A stretch of DNA of 64,000 nucleotides. Source: Marsupella aquatica. Its lineage: Eukaryota; Plantae; Marchantiophyta. Below the pieces are notes generated by a model that worked only from the letters and a program-made list of their open reading frames with translations, did not search any database and had not been told where the DNA came from. The stretch's first letter is position 1, and the number at the start of each line of letters is the position of its first letter. This document shows, piece by piece, positions 1 through 14,906 of this stretch. Made by a program: the position numbers and the translations under genes. Where the stretch lies: the NCBI GenBank assembly GCA_973895155.1, contig OZ316891.1, positions 13,919,037 to 13,983,036 on the forward strand, written 5' to 3'.

Positions 1-85
1 TTCATGGATCTCCTGAACTGCTTTTAAAGTAGATTTCCTAAGGTTTAACGAAGAGCGTATGGAAGGAGTTGAAGGCAAAGCAAAC

Positions 86-2790
86 CTTCTTCGATCGCTC
101 CAATGTTTGGTCGGTCTCATCCATCTGCTTTCTCCCGGTATCAATTAGCTGTTGGTTTGACATTGCTGCAATAGAACTTAGCCACGCAAATGAACATCCT
201 TGCTACTAATGTGCAACAGCAGTCGGCCAACACTTGAGCCAAGAAGAGATCTCACGACAGATACTGGAAACTAAAAAGGAATAGAAAAAATTCTCAAAGA
301 AACATGCATTTCCTTCAGTTACTTTGCCAGCATGGTTGTTCAAAGGTGGACAATTACAGAGTTCAGGAGGAGGTCACAACAATCAACCTGAGAACACAAT
401 TTAAGACAAGCAAGCACCAGTAACTGTAGCCAGAGTTATGGCGAATGATCAAGTGACACCAGTTGCAACAAGTAACAATGATAATGTGATATTGTGAGCA
501 TTAAAAACATGGCAAGAAAAGTTGAAAGTTTACTAGATGCTAACTTGACACCGTCATCAGCCGTTGCATCCGCTCGGCCTCCTCCCCCTTCAAGGAGCTC
601 ATTCCTGCCTCCCCCGAGGGCACTTGTATAGCTGCACGATGCCAGACAATCCATGCAATTCCACTTCAATCTAGACTATTCCAAAGACATTCAATCTGCA
701 AATATAGCACTAGTAACGAGCTGATGTTGCCAAAATAGATGAGGACAGGAGGAACATACGTCTTTCGCAGGGCTACATAGGAGTTGAGTTCCTTGATCTG
801 CAAAACATGGTTCAAGATAAGTCCCAGGCCAGCACCTCCCTCCAACAAGTTTTAAAAGAAAAAACCCTGTCAGAGACTACAGGTCCTATCAAATGAATGC
901 ATTTAGACTTGCCCTGGTGGTTTGGCACTGAAGTGAGCCTAGCTGACTGCCAGTCCCGAGCAGGTGAAAAGTCACGCTACGTTAAAAAATTAAAAATGCA
1001 GAATGCTTTCAAAAGTTGGCCACGACTGGGAGAAATACTCACCAGAGCCTGTTTCTTCTCATTTAACTGTTTGTTTTGTTCGCTTGTATTCTTGGACTCT
1101 TCTTCTTTTACCTCTCTATCGAAGTCTTTGATAAGCCTGGTTAGAAAATAGAGAGGTCAGCTTTCCATCAATCAGCGACGAATCCAATGAAAGTCACGAG
1201 GTACAGCCAATACACTGTCGACCACAAGGGACCTTACACAAGCTGGAGGTACATCCGTAATTGCCTGAGGTTTGGGCTGTAGAACTGCCTAAACCCTCCT
1301 ACAAAAGTATATGCTGATAAAAAAAAACCCAAAAAGGAAATTCCATCATGTGGCCTCATTCGCTCCTTCCCGGAACGCAACAGCGGGGAATCGTGAAATT
1401 TCTAAATATAGAAAACAAATAAATTAAATCACCTTCCTTCCTACCAGTAAACATCATTAGGCCTTCTGTCATATATAGTGACCGAGAGCTCTTGTACATG
1501 AGAACAACAGAATCTGCGCATCTTCGCCAATTCTGTGGTTGGGTACACGAAAGGGAAATCAAATGCCCGACGTCTCAGTTTTTAATGATATTGCAATCTT
1601 AGAAATGCTTGATTGCAAAGCTGGTTGACATTTGAAAGAAGGGACAAAAAGGAGAGAGCTGAGGGCCACCGCGGGTTATTTTAGCTTTAAGTAGGGCTCC
1701 AATTGTATCCATCCCGGAAAGGATGGCTACAGATACATACATTCAGTCGCTTTGAAGGTAGTCGGAAGCATCAGAAACTACATCCTCGAAAAACCGAAGC
1801 AAATCGGACGCTCGGGCATTTGCAAAATAGTGTGAGACATCGACTTAATAACAACTGGACGACAAAAGCAGCAAGATCCGCCTCTTGGCCAATCGTGGAA
1901 GGACGAGAATGACACTCAATGCTGCCATTGCACAGAGAATCTCAGTCAAAATAACCGTGAAGGAGTGTCTCTTTCCGGAGTCACTGATTTCGAATTTCAG
2001 CACCGCGTTTTTTGTCCAGACAGAACGAAGGAACCCTAGAGATAGACAAAGTCAAGAATTCAAGGGTACCCGACCTGTGCTAAGCAACTTAGTTCAACCA
2101 AAGCACTAAATTGAAGGTTATAGTGTATAAAAGAACAAACCGCTTAGCTTCCCTCATCTTCGTTGTAAGATCCTCGAGCTGCTTGCTTTGTCGGTTAGGA
2201 TCCTTGACCTTGTCCAATTTCTGGAAACCGGACCTGTGAAATAGCAAGGCACAAATTCGCTTAAAGTTCTTAGAGACTATCCTATCGTATGCGTGGGTTA
2301 AACAATTGAGATGTGGGACAATGGGGGACAAGTAGCTTAGAGAAATTCTGCTAGTGGCTACGGCTTCCTAACTAATTTTCCAATGTGGCTGATGAAGCGA
2401 ATATGGCGCGGTTGATAATCTGTCAGAATTCTGGAAATTGGTGGACAACGAGGAAAGAGAATAGCGAGGCATTCCGGACTCCAAGCCCGGATTGTAAATT
2501 GCAGGACAATGGAGAGTGCCCCAGTTACACATAAGAAGAGGGACTGATCGAAAATGGAACGCCATTTGGATAGCCAACACACTAGTTTCAGCATTTTGAC
2601 AAAGAAAACATTAGACAGGAAGTCAATGATGACAAAAATGCATGTGCTGCCGCAGAAACCAAAGAGCTACTGCGAAAGGAAAAAAGAGCACTGAGATAAG
2701 GAGTACATACGAAAGAGCACGGAAGAGATCTTGAACTTGGCCATCGATATTAGCCAGTGTAGGACTAAGCTCCAGTCCTGACGTCGCCAT
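86..2790 (-). CDS. NPSN: Novel plant SNARE (NPSN family, Qb-SNARE), 5' six coding exons; the gene continues beyond the window start
   Basis: Phase-consistent GT-AG exons 2790-2711, 2233-2141, 1136-1043, 797-760, 631-534 and 165-86 give MATSGLELSPTLANIDGQVQDLFRALSSGFQKLDKVKDPNRQSKQLEDLTTKMREAKRLIKDFDREVK...IKELNSYVALRKTY...MSNQQLIDTGRKQMDETDQTLERSKK, which matches the NPSN11/12/13 N-terminus from memory. Confidence 0.93.
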
Positions 2791-3394
2791 CTGCCGTGAA
2801 GGCGATGGCACGGCTTCAAAGCGCACAAAGCGCCCAGAATTCCTTTCTAACCCCAGTGTATAGGCTTACTCCTTAAAATTCTTCACTCAGCATCAGAGGC
2901 GGATCCAGATCGCTGTCGACAAACTGAAAGGAATGACGAAGCTCGGCAAGAAGAGCCTACAACGCACTTCAAACCCCGAACACAGGCAGATGATATAACC
3001 CGGGCTTCAGAATTCCAGTGCACAAACTCGCAATGCTGCCGCTGTAGAGCCCGGAAGATAGAATACAGGGACAGAACTAGCAATGCAAACCATGAGCGTA
3101 ACAGGTCGACTGATGGACCTCGACTGCAAGCGAAGAATGTCGTAGGGCAGAATGGGAGCGACAGCAGTCACAGAAGACACGACCACCGCAACATAGTCAT
3201 GAACTAGAGGGAGGTCCGGCACGCGGTTCGATGCCCCGCCCACCTACGAGAACACAAAACTCTGCATTCTACTAGAAAGCGAGGGGCAAATTATTCGACT
3301 CAAAACTTGTAACGACAAATGAACGCAGCGCAATGCAGCACAGCACTGCTAACACAGCACCGCACGCGGTGAAGCAGGGGAGTCAGATTATAGC

Positions 3395-3848
3395 CAGCAA
3401 GGGCACGTAACAGCTACACCAGCACCAACCGTGGTCGCCAAAAGAGACGCCCGATTGTCAGTTCAATGTAAAACAGAGAGCGAGAGAGATGTCTCGTTGA
3501 ATGCAATTCAATAGGATGTTTCAAAGCGAAGAGAGAGAGAGGATCATCGCACTGTGCAGCGCAAACAGAATGCGGGCACACGAGAGCAGGGGAGAGAGAG
3601 AGTGAGAGATGGACAGCAGGCCATGTAACAGCTACACCGGCAGCAACCGTGAAAGCCAACACAGACGCCCGATTGTCAGTTCAAAGGGAGACACAGAGAG
3701 CGAGAGATGTCTCGTTGAATTGCATTCAATCGGCTGTTTCGAGGCGACGAGAGAGGATCGTCGGACGGGTGCAGAGACAGCATTCAGGCACACGAGAGAG
3801 AGAGCGGGAGAGAGAGGGAGAGAGAGAGAGAGAGAGAGAGCGATGGAG
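3395..3848. repeat. Diverged ~218-bp tandem duplication ending in a GA microsatellite, upstream of NPSN
   Basis: GTAACAGCTACACC at 3407 and 3625. AGACGCCCGATTGTCAGTTCAA and GAGAGATGTCTCGTTGAAT occur in both copies. (GA)n tract at ~3794-3840. Confidence 0.85.
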
Positions 3849-6800
3849 GGCGGGGGGGAGAGAAGCGCTCCTCGGGCTCATGCGCGCAATGCAGGATTCA
3901 ATTCGCATTATTGCCTGGCTGTCCGCTGTTGCTCTACAGCTCGCACGCATGTTCTAGCTTGGAATGCATCTGCACTACTGCAGTAGCAGCTACTGCGATT
4001 TTGCTGGGCCCGGCAAAGGCCACGGTAGGAGCCTAGGCATGGCAAATTACGATTTATTCGCGGTTTGGCCCAAGGTACTCTCGCCTACCCCGTATCCTTC
4101 GTTACGTGGTTGGTTCGTTACCTGGTTGGTTCCGGTCCGGAACCGGGCCATTGGAAGAGTCAGTTCACGGTTTCAGTAGTTGGGCCGTGCTACTGCGACC
4201 TCATTATTATTATGGTTTTCTTTACCTCATTCAAATTTGGTGGAGGTTGTGCCGGGGCTGCATTCTTCCACTATCCCATGGGAGTATGGGACCTACCACC
4301 CAACGGTAAGGATGGAGGAAATTTTACTGAACAGTCCTCCCGTTCAATGAAAAATCGCCATTATGCAAGACGCCCACTTATAATTTGTACTTCTTAAAAT
4401 ATAAACTTCCAAGCAGACGTTTGGCTTTGTAGGCTTCCCCCCTCTATAGTTTTGTAATGTTTTCGGATAAAGCTCTACATCATCACAAGTGACTCTGGTG
4501 CATGGGATTTGGTTGCCGGGCGTGAGAGGAAGATTCGCATTATTGAGAGGTTGAGAGAAGCCCAAGTTGCTGGGTTGTTGTTGGTCCTTGGCCCGGTTTG
4601 TGTGTCTGGCCTTTTTACTCGGTGATTTAATGGGATTTACTTTCACTCAAGTAAAGTGCTCCGTTCAAGAAAAAGAAAAAAATAAGTCAAGTTTGAAAAC
4701 TTCGTTGATAAAAGGGGCCTTGATTGTTGATTATGGGAAGGTAGGTCACGTTCTTATCGTCCTGTTTATACTGCAAACCATCCTATACAAGAACAACAAT
4801 GTTGGCAGTTCACAAGATATTGCATTTTCAGTTCTCGCAATTGTTGTAGTAGAGAAACCAAAGAAATATCCTCTGAATTATGATTTGAGAAGTATCACTA
4901 AATTTGCCCAAGAGAAAATCTATCAAACTAGTCTAGTCTTCCTTGCTTTCAAATTTGTCTTCTTTGGCCCTCTAAAAACCTGCACTTGTTTTCTCTGATC
5001 TTCTCGAGAGGTTATATTTCTTTTGCCTCCATTGCACACTTCTTATTGGACTTCCCTTTGAGGCTCTCTTGTCTATGACCCACCCATCCTGGATTTATCC
5101 CCCCCCCCCCCCTCCTCCTCCTGTCTCTTCAATTTCCCTTGTCTCTATGTATTTTCTTTGGCCTCTTAAACTTATCTTGTTCTTATCCACTCCCCCACCT
5201 GTAGTCCACACTCATCCAACTCCTGCTTTAGTCTTTCCCATCCACGTAACTTTCCCCTCTCCACTTTGCTTGCCCAACTTCTGCCTGTTTGTCACCTCTC
5301 CTACGAGCCAGCCCAACTTTCCGCCTCATCTCAACCCCCCATTTCCCAAGACTGTCCTTCTGTTTTTGTGTGGGATGAAGGGAGGCATTGAAGTGTTTAG
5401 GTAGTGCAAGGAGAAATGTTTTGACCCTCTAGAAATCCCAAAATGGCAGTTGGATTTGAAGTTGGGTCTTAAGCATAGAGGACTGACTCATTGCCATTTT
5501 GTTGCCATTTGATGGCTCCGGGGTGATCCAGGGCACGAGTGTGAATGCTCTTGAGCTAGACTAGCTCACCTATTTGGTCAAGAAAACTAAATTTAGGTTT
5601 TAGAAGGTCAATAGTGCAAGTACATGCCTAGAGAGGCATGACTTTGTGGTAGCTCACTTGAGTAGAGACTGAGGAGATATATACTTAGTGGACCTCCAAA
5701 TGCAACTGTTTCTCTTAATGGACCAAAAGTTGCACACGCCCTCCCAATGGACCCTAACGTTTAGATTCTCTCCCAATGGACCCCTGGGCCCACTCCGTAC
5801 AAGCATGTTCTTCTGAAACACCTTACCACACAGTTCAGGTCCACTACGTACCCTGTGGACATCGTGGTTGGTCATGTGTAGTAGGCCATTGATAACGTCG
5901 TAGTCCACAAGCGTCGTAGCCCTGGCCGCAATCGAGCGCTGCAACATCATGGCTTCCTAGTTTTTGTGAATACAATATGGCTATTGTATTCAAACTACAA
6001 TAGCCGCAATCTAGAACAATACAACATGGTCAATGTATTCACTCTACGCATGCAATGACACGTACGTCGCGATTCTAGGTTGCGTCTACTTTGGATACAT
6101 AGTGGACATGGTATTCAAAGATTGCACTTAAACAAAGTCAGGACTCCCCTGCCTTACATACAGGCAGCAAGGCTTGCTGTAATGAACAGAACCAAAACCT
6201 GTTCAACATAGAACAATATATTTGTGTCTTGCATACAATATGCATGTTGGATGCACATTTCCCCCCGACTATTAACTATTGTGACGGACTCTCCTCTTTT
6301 AAAAATAAAATAAATAGTGCAAGTACAGTCTACCATGCATCCTCTTGGGAAGAATGGCTGATAATGCACATTTTATGCATGGTATGCACTATGCTGTAAA
6401 TTCATGAAAATTGCTCATGCACTTCCCCATATGTGCATGGAAAGTGCTTATGCAACTGTGATGCACTGTGCGGTAACTGCATACAAATTTGCCTATGCAC
6501 TTCCGATATGTCCTGTAAAGTCCACAGGTCACACACCTAGGACTCCTCTATCATTGTACAGCCCTCCAGAATTGGATGACTGTGTCTATCTAGTCCATGT
6601 GATGACAATGTTCTCATCAATAAGACTTTCTTGTGTAGGTGCAACATTTCTGGATAAATGCATGTATGCGCTATATTTGTCATTTTGCAATGGCACAGAT
6701 GCACTTAAGCTGCCACTATCCCAGAAGTGGGAAGACAAACAGTTACTTTTTGCTCATTTTTTCACTACTAAGAACATAATTGATTAGTTATGATGAATTG

Positions 6801-9800
6801 TATCCACCAGGTTTTGAAAATGGAGAGTGCTGGTTTACAAAATGAGCATTTTTTGGGTGCATATATATACACAGTAAAATGCCAGAATTTTGAGGGAGAA
6901 CTGGATCACACTGCACTTTTCCATGAAATGCAGTTATGCAAGGTGGGCTGTACAGCGTCACCTGCTGTATTGTTGTGCATGGTGAAACTCTACATGATGT
7001 AGGCTTTGTGATACTTATGTCTAAATGGTGTAGCATATCCCACATTGGACAATTTAGTAGATACATGGGACACACACCTATGTGGTTTCTAAATGTTTTG
7101 CACATCTCTCTTTCTCTTATTGCAGAAAAAACACCGGAAAGAACACCCTAAATTTAATGCAATATTTCCAGTTTTGTGAGAAGAATCGCGCTTTGCTTTC
7201 TATGCTAAATGTGGCCTTTTTATGCTATTGCATGGTCAATGAACCTTACCTGCTACGATCACTAGTTGTTTTGGGGTTAACTATATTGTTTTAGTTTGCC
7301 TAAGTAGGGTCTCTCTTTGGTTTTTGAATCTATTCCAATTGAGGATAAACCCCCTTCAACATTTTGAAATTACTTTAGCAAAATCAATTTAATTTGGTTA
7401 TCTAGCATAGGCATATCCCACATTTGGTATTGAACTTTTAAAGGCAGACTTCTAAATTCCAATGTCTTTCCTTTTGGAAGGAACAGTCAGCTGCTCATCA
7501 TATTAGGGCACCTCATGACACCTTCATGTAGCTCAAATCTTACGGGAATTCTCATAAAAGTTGTGGAAGCCACTATTTGGCTCCTGTAAGGAAAGCCCGC
7601 GGACTCAACATTTAACTGCCTCATGCCTCCCCCTCCATTTTAAATCAATGAATTGGTCCCTTAACCTGATTTATGGGACTACCCTGAACCCATAACTTAG
7701 GGTTGAAGTTTGATCCTAGAAGTTTGCCAGGGACAACCAGGCACCATTGTTCCATGAGTTTTGCCTGATGGAAATCAAAATTGTATATCACTCTGCCAAA
7801 AAACAAGAAGCACACCTCGGGGAGGGTCACTATATGGAGGGCCACACATTGCGTGCAATATTTTAGGGTTTGACCCCACTAACTTATAAGTGAAACAAAA
7901 ATTGTAAAACCCTTTCTTTCTTTAAATTTTTTCATTTTTTACTTAAAACCCCCTAAAATAAAATGTGTTTTACAATTAAATAGTCCAATTTGTTCTTTAA
8001 AGCCAACCAGTGAATAAAACATGTCCTAAACCCTGAACTGTCTAGAAAACTTGACAACCTCCCAAACACAACACAGTAGCCTTCCCCCCCCCCCCCCGCG
8101 TCTGAAAACAGTAAGCATTGAGTCATGACTTCAAAGATCTTTGAGTATACAGATTGAAGGCAACAGAGCACCCAAGCCAACTCGTCTGGGCTTAAGCTCA
8201 AAACGTACGAAGGAAATTCAAAACAAGCAAAATGTACAGAGCGGATAGGCTGGATATGGGGGACAAATGCAAGAGCCCTAGATCCAACATGCAACTTCTT
8301 GTCTGCAGTTCGCCTAGTCTGATTTTCAGTTGCTTTCTAGACCATGACAACTAAGAGTCCCTGAGAGTCCTGGTTGCTGCAAAGACATTCACTTGAATTT
8401 GTAGGAACAAAATTTTCCGTATGTCAACTTCAAAGATCAATGATTGCTCCAAAGCCAAAGCACAACCATTGAGTGACCACAAGGCTGCAGATTTCCATGC
8501 TCACAAATTGGTTGAACCAAACAAATACAGTTGTAGCAAATGGAAACATGAGAGTGTTAGTAGTTGACAGAGAGCTACTGAACCCAAAGAACAACACCAA
8601 GCAACACCTAGCCAAAAATTTACGAGCAACCCCTAGCCAAAAAAATTTGACCAGCACTGAAGCCTAATCCAAAATTCACACAATGCACCGAGACCTTCAT
8701 AGCAGCGAGGCCAAAATGAGCTGAAAAGCCAAAAGAAGCATAGCACCAGCAACTAGCATTAAGTACGAGTGACAAAGGCCAAAACAAGCACAACCAAAAT
8801 GAACCTGAAACAGCCAAAAGAGCCAAACAATGAGCCAAAAAATCTCAGGGGCCTCAATTCAAGGGGTGACCCACATCACACACAAAGTTTTGGGAGAATA
8901 AACACCCTAAAACTTAAGTCAATAAGGTTTTTTACCTCTAACTTAATAGAATATTCCAAAAATGTTCCAAATTTTGATTTAAAACTCTATAATTCTTATA
9001 ATATTCAAAATTGGATTAAAATAACTCTAATGTTCTTCAACAAAAATTTAAAAGTATTTCACTAAACCCAATAAAAAACCCTATTCTTATTGCACGTGAT
9101 GGGTTGGAAGAAAAGAAGTGAGGACCTCTAGAGAAACATTTGAGCACACAGCTGAAACAGAGCCGAGCACACAGCTGAAATAGAGCCAAGCACAAATGAG
9201 TTGGAACATAGTCAAAATTAGCCCAACGAACCAAACATACAACGCAAGATCAAGAGTGCAACACCAAGGCCACGACCGAGCACAACCCCCTGCACACAAA
9301 CACAAGAGCAAAGCCCAGTAGCGCCCACCTCCAAAAATCCTGAGCAGCAACATCGACGCTGAAATCAAATCCAAGGCCGAAACAACATTGGGCAGGGAGC
9401 AGCGAGCAGGAGGACAGCCAGAACCAAATTAGCAGTGAACACATTGAAATAGAAGCAAACAAACCAAAATAGCACTGAGACCTAACCAGACACATACACT
9501 GAGACCTAAATGAAATTGAGCACAAAAGTGAGGGGCAAGGGCAACATTGAGCATCTAGCAGCACCTGGCACCAAGAAAGCATCACAACAAGAACAAATAC
9601 AATGCACTCACACCAAAATGAAATAGAGCACAAAAGTATAATGTTGAGCCTTCAGATCAAAACTGAGCACAACGAGGCAGTGAAAGTTAAAAGCGAGAAA
9701 CCAAACCACAGACCAGCAACAAGTAGTCGCATCCAGCATCCATGAGAAACAACAAGCAGCATCCAACACCGAGCATGAGCATGGAGCACCCAATCGCAAG

Positions 9801-11207
9801 AAGCAGCAAGACTATTAGTCACTGAGGCAGCGGCTTGCCTCCTCTAACTTCCCGTCGAACTTGCAAGGGCAGGAAGAGGGTGGCCGCAAGACTTTGGCAG
9901 TGACGGCTGTGGCTTGCCCCTAAGTAGCCATGCCGCTAGAACTCAGCAGAAGGTGAGGGCAGCAACTCTGCCTCCTCAAGCTTGTCCGGTTGACTATAAT
10001 TTGATTCATTAAAATAGCCTAATTTTTTTACTGCCTGCTATGTACAAGACAAACTAACTAACTAAGTTCCAGATTGAGCCTGCTATAATCACACATGCAA
10101 TGGACCCAATAAAGGGGATGCAACAAGGGAAACCCCACTAAGACCAAAAAGCCCAAGAGTTCCAGGCTAGAGATCAATGCCAAAAATAAACACAAAATTG
10201 TATTAACTATAAACTTTCAGGTTGTCTGTACAACCCAATGCTTGACTCCTGACACCCAGAGAAGTATTTATTGAATTTGACTTTTGTCTGCCCACCAAGC
10301 AAGAAAACTGGGTTAAACTCCTGTATAAACTATTTTAGGTTGACTCCTGACCTTCCAGAAGTATAATTATACTGAACTGATTAGTCTAAATGTGATAATC
10401 TCTTAGTGTGTTATTTATTATATATAGATATCTCTGGTTAGCACAGTGTATTTTAGAATGACCCTAACTCCAAATAAATGTTTCAAAAAGTGTGCCTAAA
10501 GCTGCCCAGTGTAAGTTATTTTTGAACAAGGAAACAACAGAAAATACTACTTGTAAAATTTTAGTCACAGAGGAGAATTCTCTTGGTGAGGTGATCCATA
10601 ATCTCAGCTATTATAGTTCTCCTTAAATGCCCTGAAAATCACAAAGAGAAAATCACACATGGCATTAAGAATATAGTTAAAGTTCATGTTTTAGAGCATT
10701 GTGATCTATAATGCCCCAAAAGATGAGAGCTTGAGGTCAAATTTTGAGGGGTTGCTGTTGCCTACAATGCTCTGGTTAGAGGACCCTAACACATTTAAAG
10801 GCCTACTAAATTCTAATTCATACCATACTAATTTAAGTAAAAAGTAAAGGAGAGCTTTTATAATGAGCTGATCCAAATCTTCAGTGTGCATTCTTCTCCA
10901 ATAATGCTCCAATAATGCTCTGAAAATCACAAAGTGATAAATCTTAAAAGGCACTCTTGATTGTGCATTCTACTGCAATCATGCATGCTACAATTATGCA
11001 CCAAATATATATATATATATATCACAGAAGGTATTAAGGAGATATATTCAAATCTTCTTTAGGGAGACAATTACTTGGTAGACCCCCAAACCATAATTTT
11101 CTACCCAACCAGCCCCATGAGATTTTGAATACATAGATTAGAGGTCTATCAAGGGTCTGAAACACTCTTGGGTCCATAAGTAACATTTTCTATTTTGAGA
11201 GTCAACT

Positions 11208-11386
11208 AGAGGTATTTGCTTGATCAACCCCCAAAATGAAACTTGTTACTTGATCGACCCCCTCAGGTCTATCAACGGTCCAGATCTGAGATTGAAAGGT
11301 CCACCAATGGTCCAGATTGGAGAAAAGTATCGAGGGGGTTGATTAAGCAAACTTTTTCCAGAAGGGGGTCTACTAAGCATATCTCT
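11208..11386. mobile_element. MITE, probably Mutator/MULE-type (imperfect TIRs, 9-10 bp TSD)
   Basis: The left end AGAGGTATTTGCTTGATCAACCCCC is an imperfect inverted repeat of the right end GGGGGTCTACTAAGCATATCTCT. It is flanked by GAGTCAACT at 11199-11207 and 11388-11396. TIR-like copies also occur at ~5673, ~13182 and ~45083. Confidence 0.7.
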
Positions 11387-14300
11387 TGAGTCAACTAAGT
11401 AAATGTTTCCTTGTTTAGGGGGCATTGTGGCCATAATTTCCTTACAAACAGACTATTATTGCCCGTAATGTTCTAGTACCAGGACATGAGTATACGTAAA
11501 GATTTTTGTGACTTTTCTCTTTGTATTTTTGAGTGCATTAATTCTCCATAATGCACCCCTTTTTTTGAGGAGGGGATTATACAAAACACCATAAATATAG
11601 AAAAAAAGAAATTAAATATAGTTTTACCATATAAAATAAAATAAAATTTATTCAAGGTCTCAAGATGATAACCAAATCTTATATGGTGATACTAACAAAA
11701 TATCTATGAATAGAATCTAATATAACTAAAGAACATATATTCTTGGCCAATTCCATAGCAACCACTTCTTGGATGACCCTTTAATTTGAATTTTCTATTT
11801 TAGGGATTCACTTTTTCTTGTTTGTTACCTAAAAGTGACTCAAGTTTTTACAGACATTAATGTCCTAGTTACTGGCATTACATCCCACAATGCCCTCTAA
11901 CCAGGACATTATCCTATTCTTAATGCACTTAGTGACTTTGCACTTTGTAGAACAATGCCTGGCAAGATTTTGAATCAACTTTTTAGAAGATTCTACAACA
12001 CATTTACTGAAATTAGTAAAAATACAAATTTTATCTACAAATGTATTAAGATTCTGTTGTCGGAAGCATTGTGGGCAATATGTAAACAAGACATTTTTCG
12101 TATGCACTTAAACCGACCTGCCCATGTAAAAAAGGCGTCATTCCCTGCTTGCCACTGCCCATTCTCATCCTGGGTGAAGAGTGTATTGACCATCAAAGTG
12201 GAGCCCAAGTCCATTAATAGTAAACCATGTGCACTCCATAATGAAAGCTACTGGTTTTTTTAGGTGAGTAGACTGTTTAGGGTAATGACCCATATAAAAT
12301 GACCGAAATGGGTCATTTTATATGGGCCTAAAAAGATTTTTTGTTTTGTTATTTTTGTTAAGGAACTTACAATAGTATAGTCTACTGTGGATAAGTGCAG
12401 CATATATAAGCGCATTCCATGGGTAACTGCAAGTCGATCATGTAGTCCCCTAATATTACAACATTTTTCTTTGTATATGCACAAAAACATGCAAGGTTTG
12501 TAAATCCAGGTTGACATCACTAAATGGAAAATACATAAGTTCATTTCTGTCTATTAGAGTGCACATGCATTAATCAATTAGTGCAACACATAAGCCAGAA
12601 TCATTTATTGATAAATGCAGGGGAAACTACACATGGTAGTTTCATGCACTTATCCAATTGAATCGTGCAGTATGCGGATTTTGGGTGTGAGGAGTCTCAT
12701 GTGTATGACCTGACAACACACTTGCAACACTGCATAAGTGATTCACATGCACATATGGAGAAGTGTATAAATGATGCCCATGCACTTATGCGTAGTGCAT
12801 AAAGTGGATAAGTGCAGGCTGGGGGTGTCTTCCCGAGAGCCTGCACTTAGAGCAAGTCCAACCAAACTGGGTTTTGTTACAGACTGTGTCTAGAGGGACT
12901 AGCCCGATAACCCGTTCCTTGAACGTAAATAGATATGAAGAAAAATCTTGCACAATTTAATTTATAAGCTATTTTGGTTAGTCTTTGCCCCATCATTGTT
13001 TTTTGTCCATACTCATTTCAGTTTTGTTTTTAGGGTTAATATCACTTTTGTACATACTCATTTAAAATGTTGACCGTATTGAACCTCATTATCAGTTTGT
13101 CTGTATTGAGAGTTAAGGTCTAGAGGCTTCACTCTAGACCTAGGCCCATAAGAGTAGGCTTCAGTTGGTGCTTGTATAGTAAGATATGCTTGATAGACCC
13201 CTTACTAGTACAACTTTACTTGATCAGCCCCCAAGAAAGTATTTTGCCTTGATCAACCCCCTCTTAACTAATGAGCCGTACACTCAATTTTTGTATAAAG
13301 CAAAAATGCACTGGTCCCTACCATGCATTACCTTGTCACCACAACAGTTGCCTCCTCTGCTTGACCATGTCTCTATGTATGCAGTGGGGCTGCAATTTCT
13401 TGCTAGCACACTAACTTGACTTCCTGGTTAGGAACTGAATACATTATAGATTATGTCTTCAAATTGTTTGGAGCTTTGATAAGTCGGGATGCAATGCGCT
13501 GTGGAGTGCCATTGTCACTTTTTCTTATGGGTTCTAGACAGGAGCGTAGTTTTCTCATTGGCTTAGGCAAACACAATTATTTAGTTGGTTTGGGCGATGG
13601 CAATGACAATTTTAGTCGCGCACAAATCAATAGGGTTTAGGCTTGAAGCAAAGCTTTACCCCGAGTACAATCTAGCAAAGCCATGTGGGAAGGACTCTTT
13701 TCTGATAATTTTAATGTTTAGGGTCAGCCTTATGTCCCTTATGCCTTTTGAAATATGCATATTTAGTCCCAACAATACCATGAACAATAACCATTCTATC
13801 CCTGGGCCACAATAACCTGAAGGGAGTAAGGGGTTTAGGGTTTAGAGTTCATTGTTTAGCATAAAATGAATTGAGTATAATTAAATTGGTAGTGTTTATT
13901 GCCACAAGCATGTCATTACCTTTAAATGTTTCTGATCATGATTCAATATTGCTTAGTAATGAATGCATAAGGTACTAGTGTCTCCATGTAAAGTAACGAC
14001 AACATCTGATTTTTGCATTTTGTCCAAAGCCCAAAGACCACCCACCCATACCCAACTCTTGCATTAGAAAACCAGCCGGTCAAATGTTTATGAGCGACAT
14101 TCTCTGTCCTTAAATGCTAACCCATCATGCCATTGGGGAAGGGGTTATATGGTCAGCACTGGTGATTTTTGCGGACATTGTGGACATTGTAAACTTGGCC
14201 TTTTTTCAGCAAGAGTAGCTTTTGCTCACCCATGCCATTTGGGCAGGCCGGGGGTGAATGGCTGACACTGGTGGGTTTGGAAGATATTGTGAACATTGTC

Positions 14301-14906
14301 TTCAGGTCACACTTAGCATGTTTTTCAATAAGAGTACTTTTTGCAAAAAGGGGTCTCAAAAAGATCTATTGGGGGCAAATTGCCAAAACTAGGAATGATG
14401 TTCATGAAACTAAATAATGCCTTCACTAATCTTGTAGTTTGGGTGGCGTGGAAAGCAAGGCACCTATCCAAATATCCAAAGAATGACAACAATGACCAGC
14501 CCCATTCAATGCCCTTAGTTTGACCTAGTTCAAAACTAGGCAAGGGTCATAGTCAGGGCATGTAGTCACTATTGACCAAGTGTGGTCCTAGTATGCCTGA
14601 ATCTTGACTTAGGAGAACATCTACAAGAACATCCTATATGGCTCATTAAGAAGGGGTTGATTAGGGGAAAAAAGTGCCAGGGGGCTGTTCACGCAAAGTT
14701 TTTCTGTTTCAGGGTCCACCAAGAATTTTCCTCACTGGTGCTGACCAAATCAAGTAAGGAAAATCTAAAAAGTCAGGTCCAACCCACTCACATGAAATCT
14801 ACTTGGATTGAAGGGAAAGCTTTTTTTGGTTGTTGGATCTATATGGGATAGATTATACACTGGTTGACTCCTTACTTCTTTTTTCTTCTCTTTTTGTTTT
14901 GTTTTT

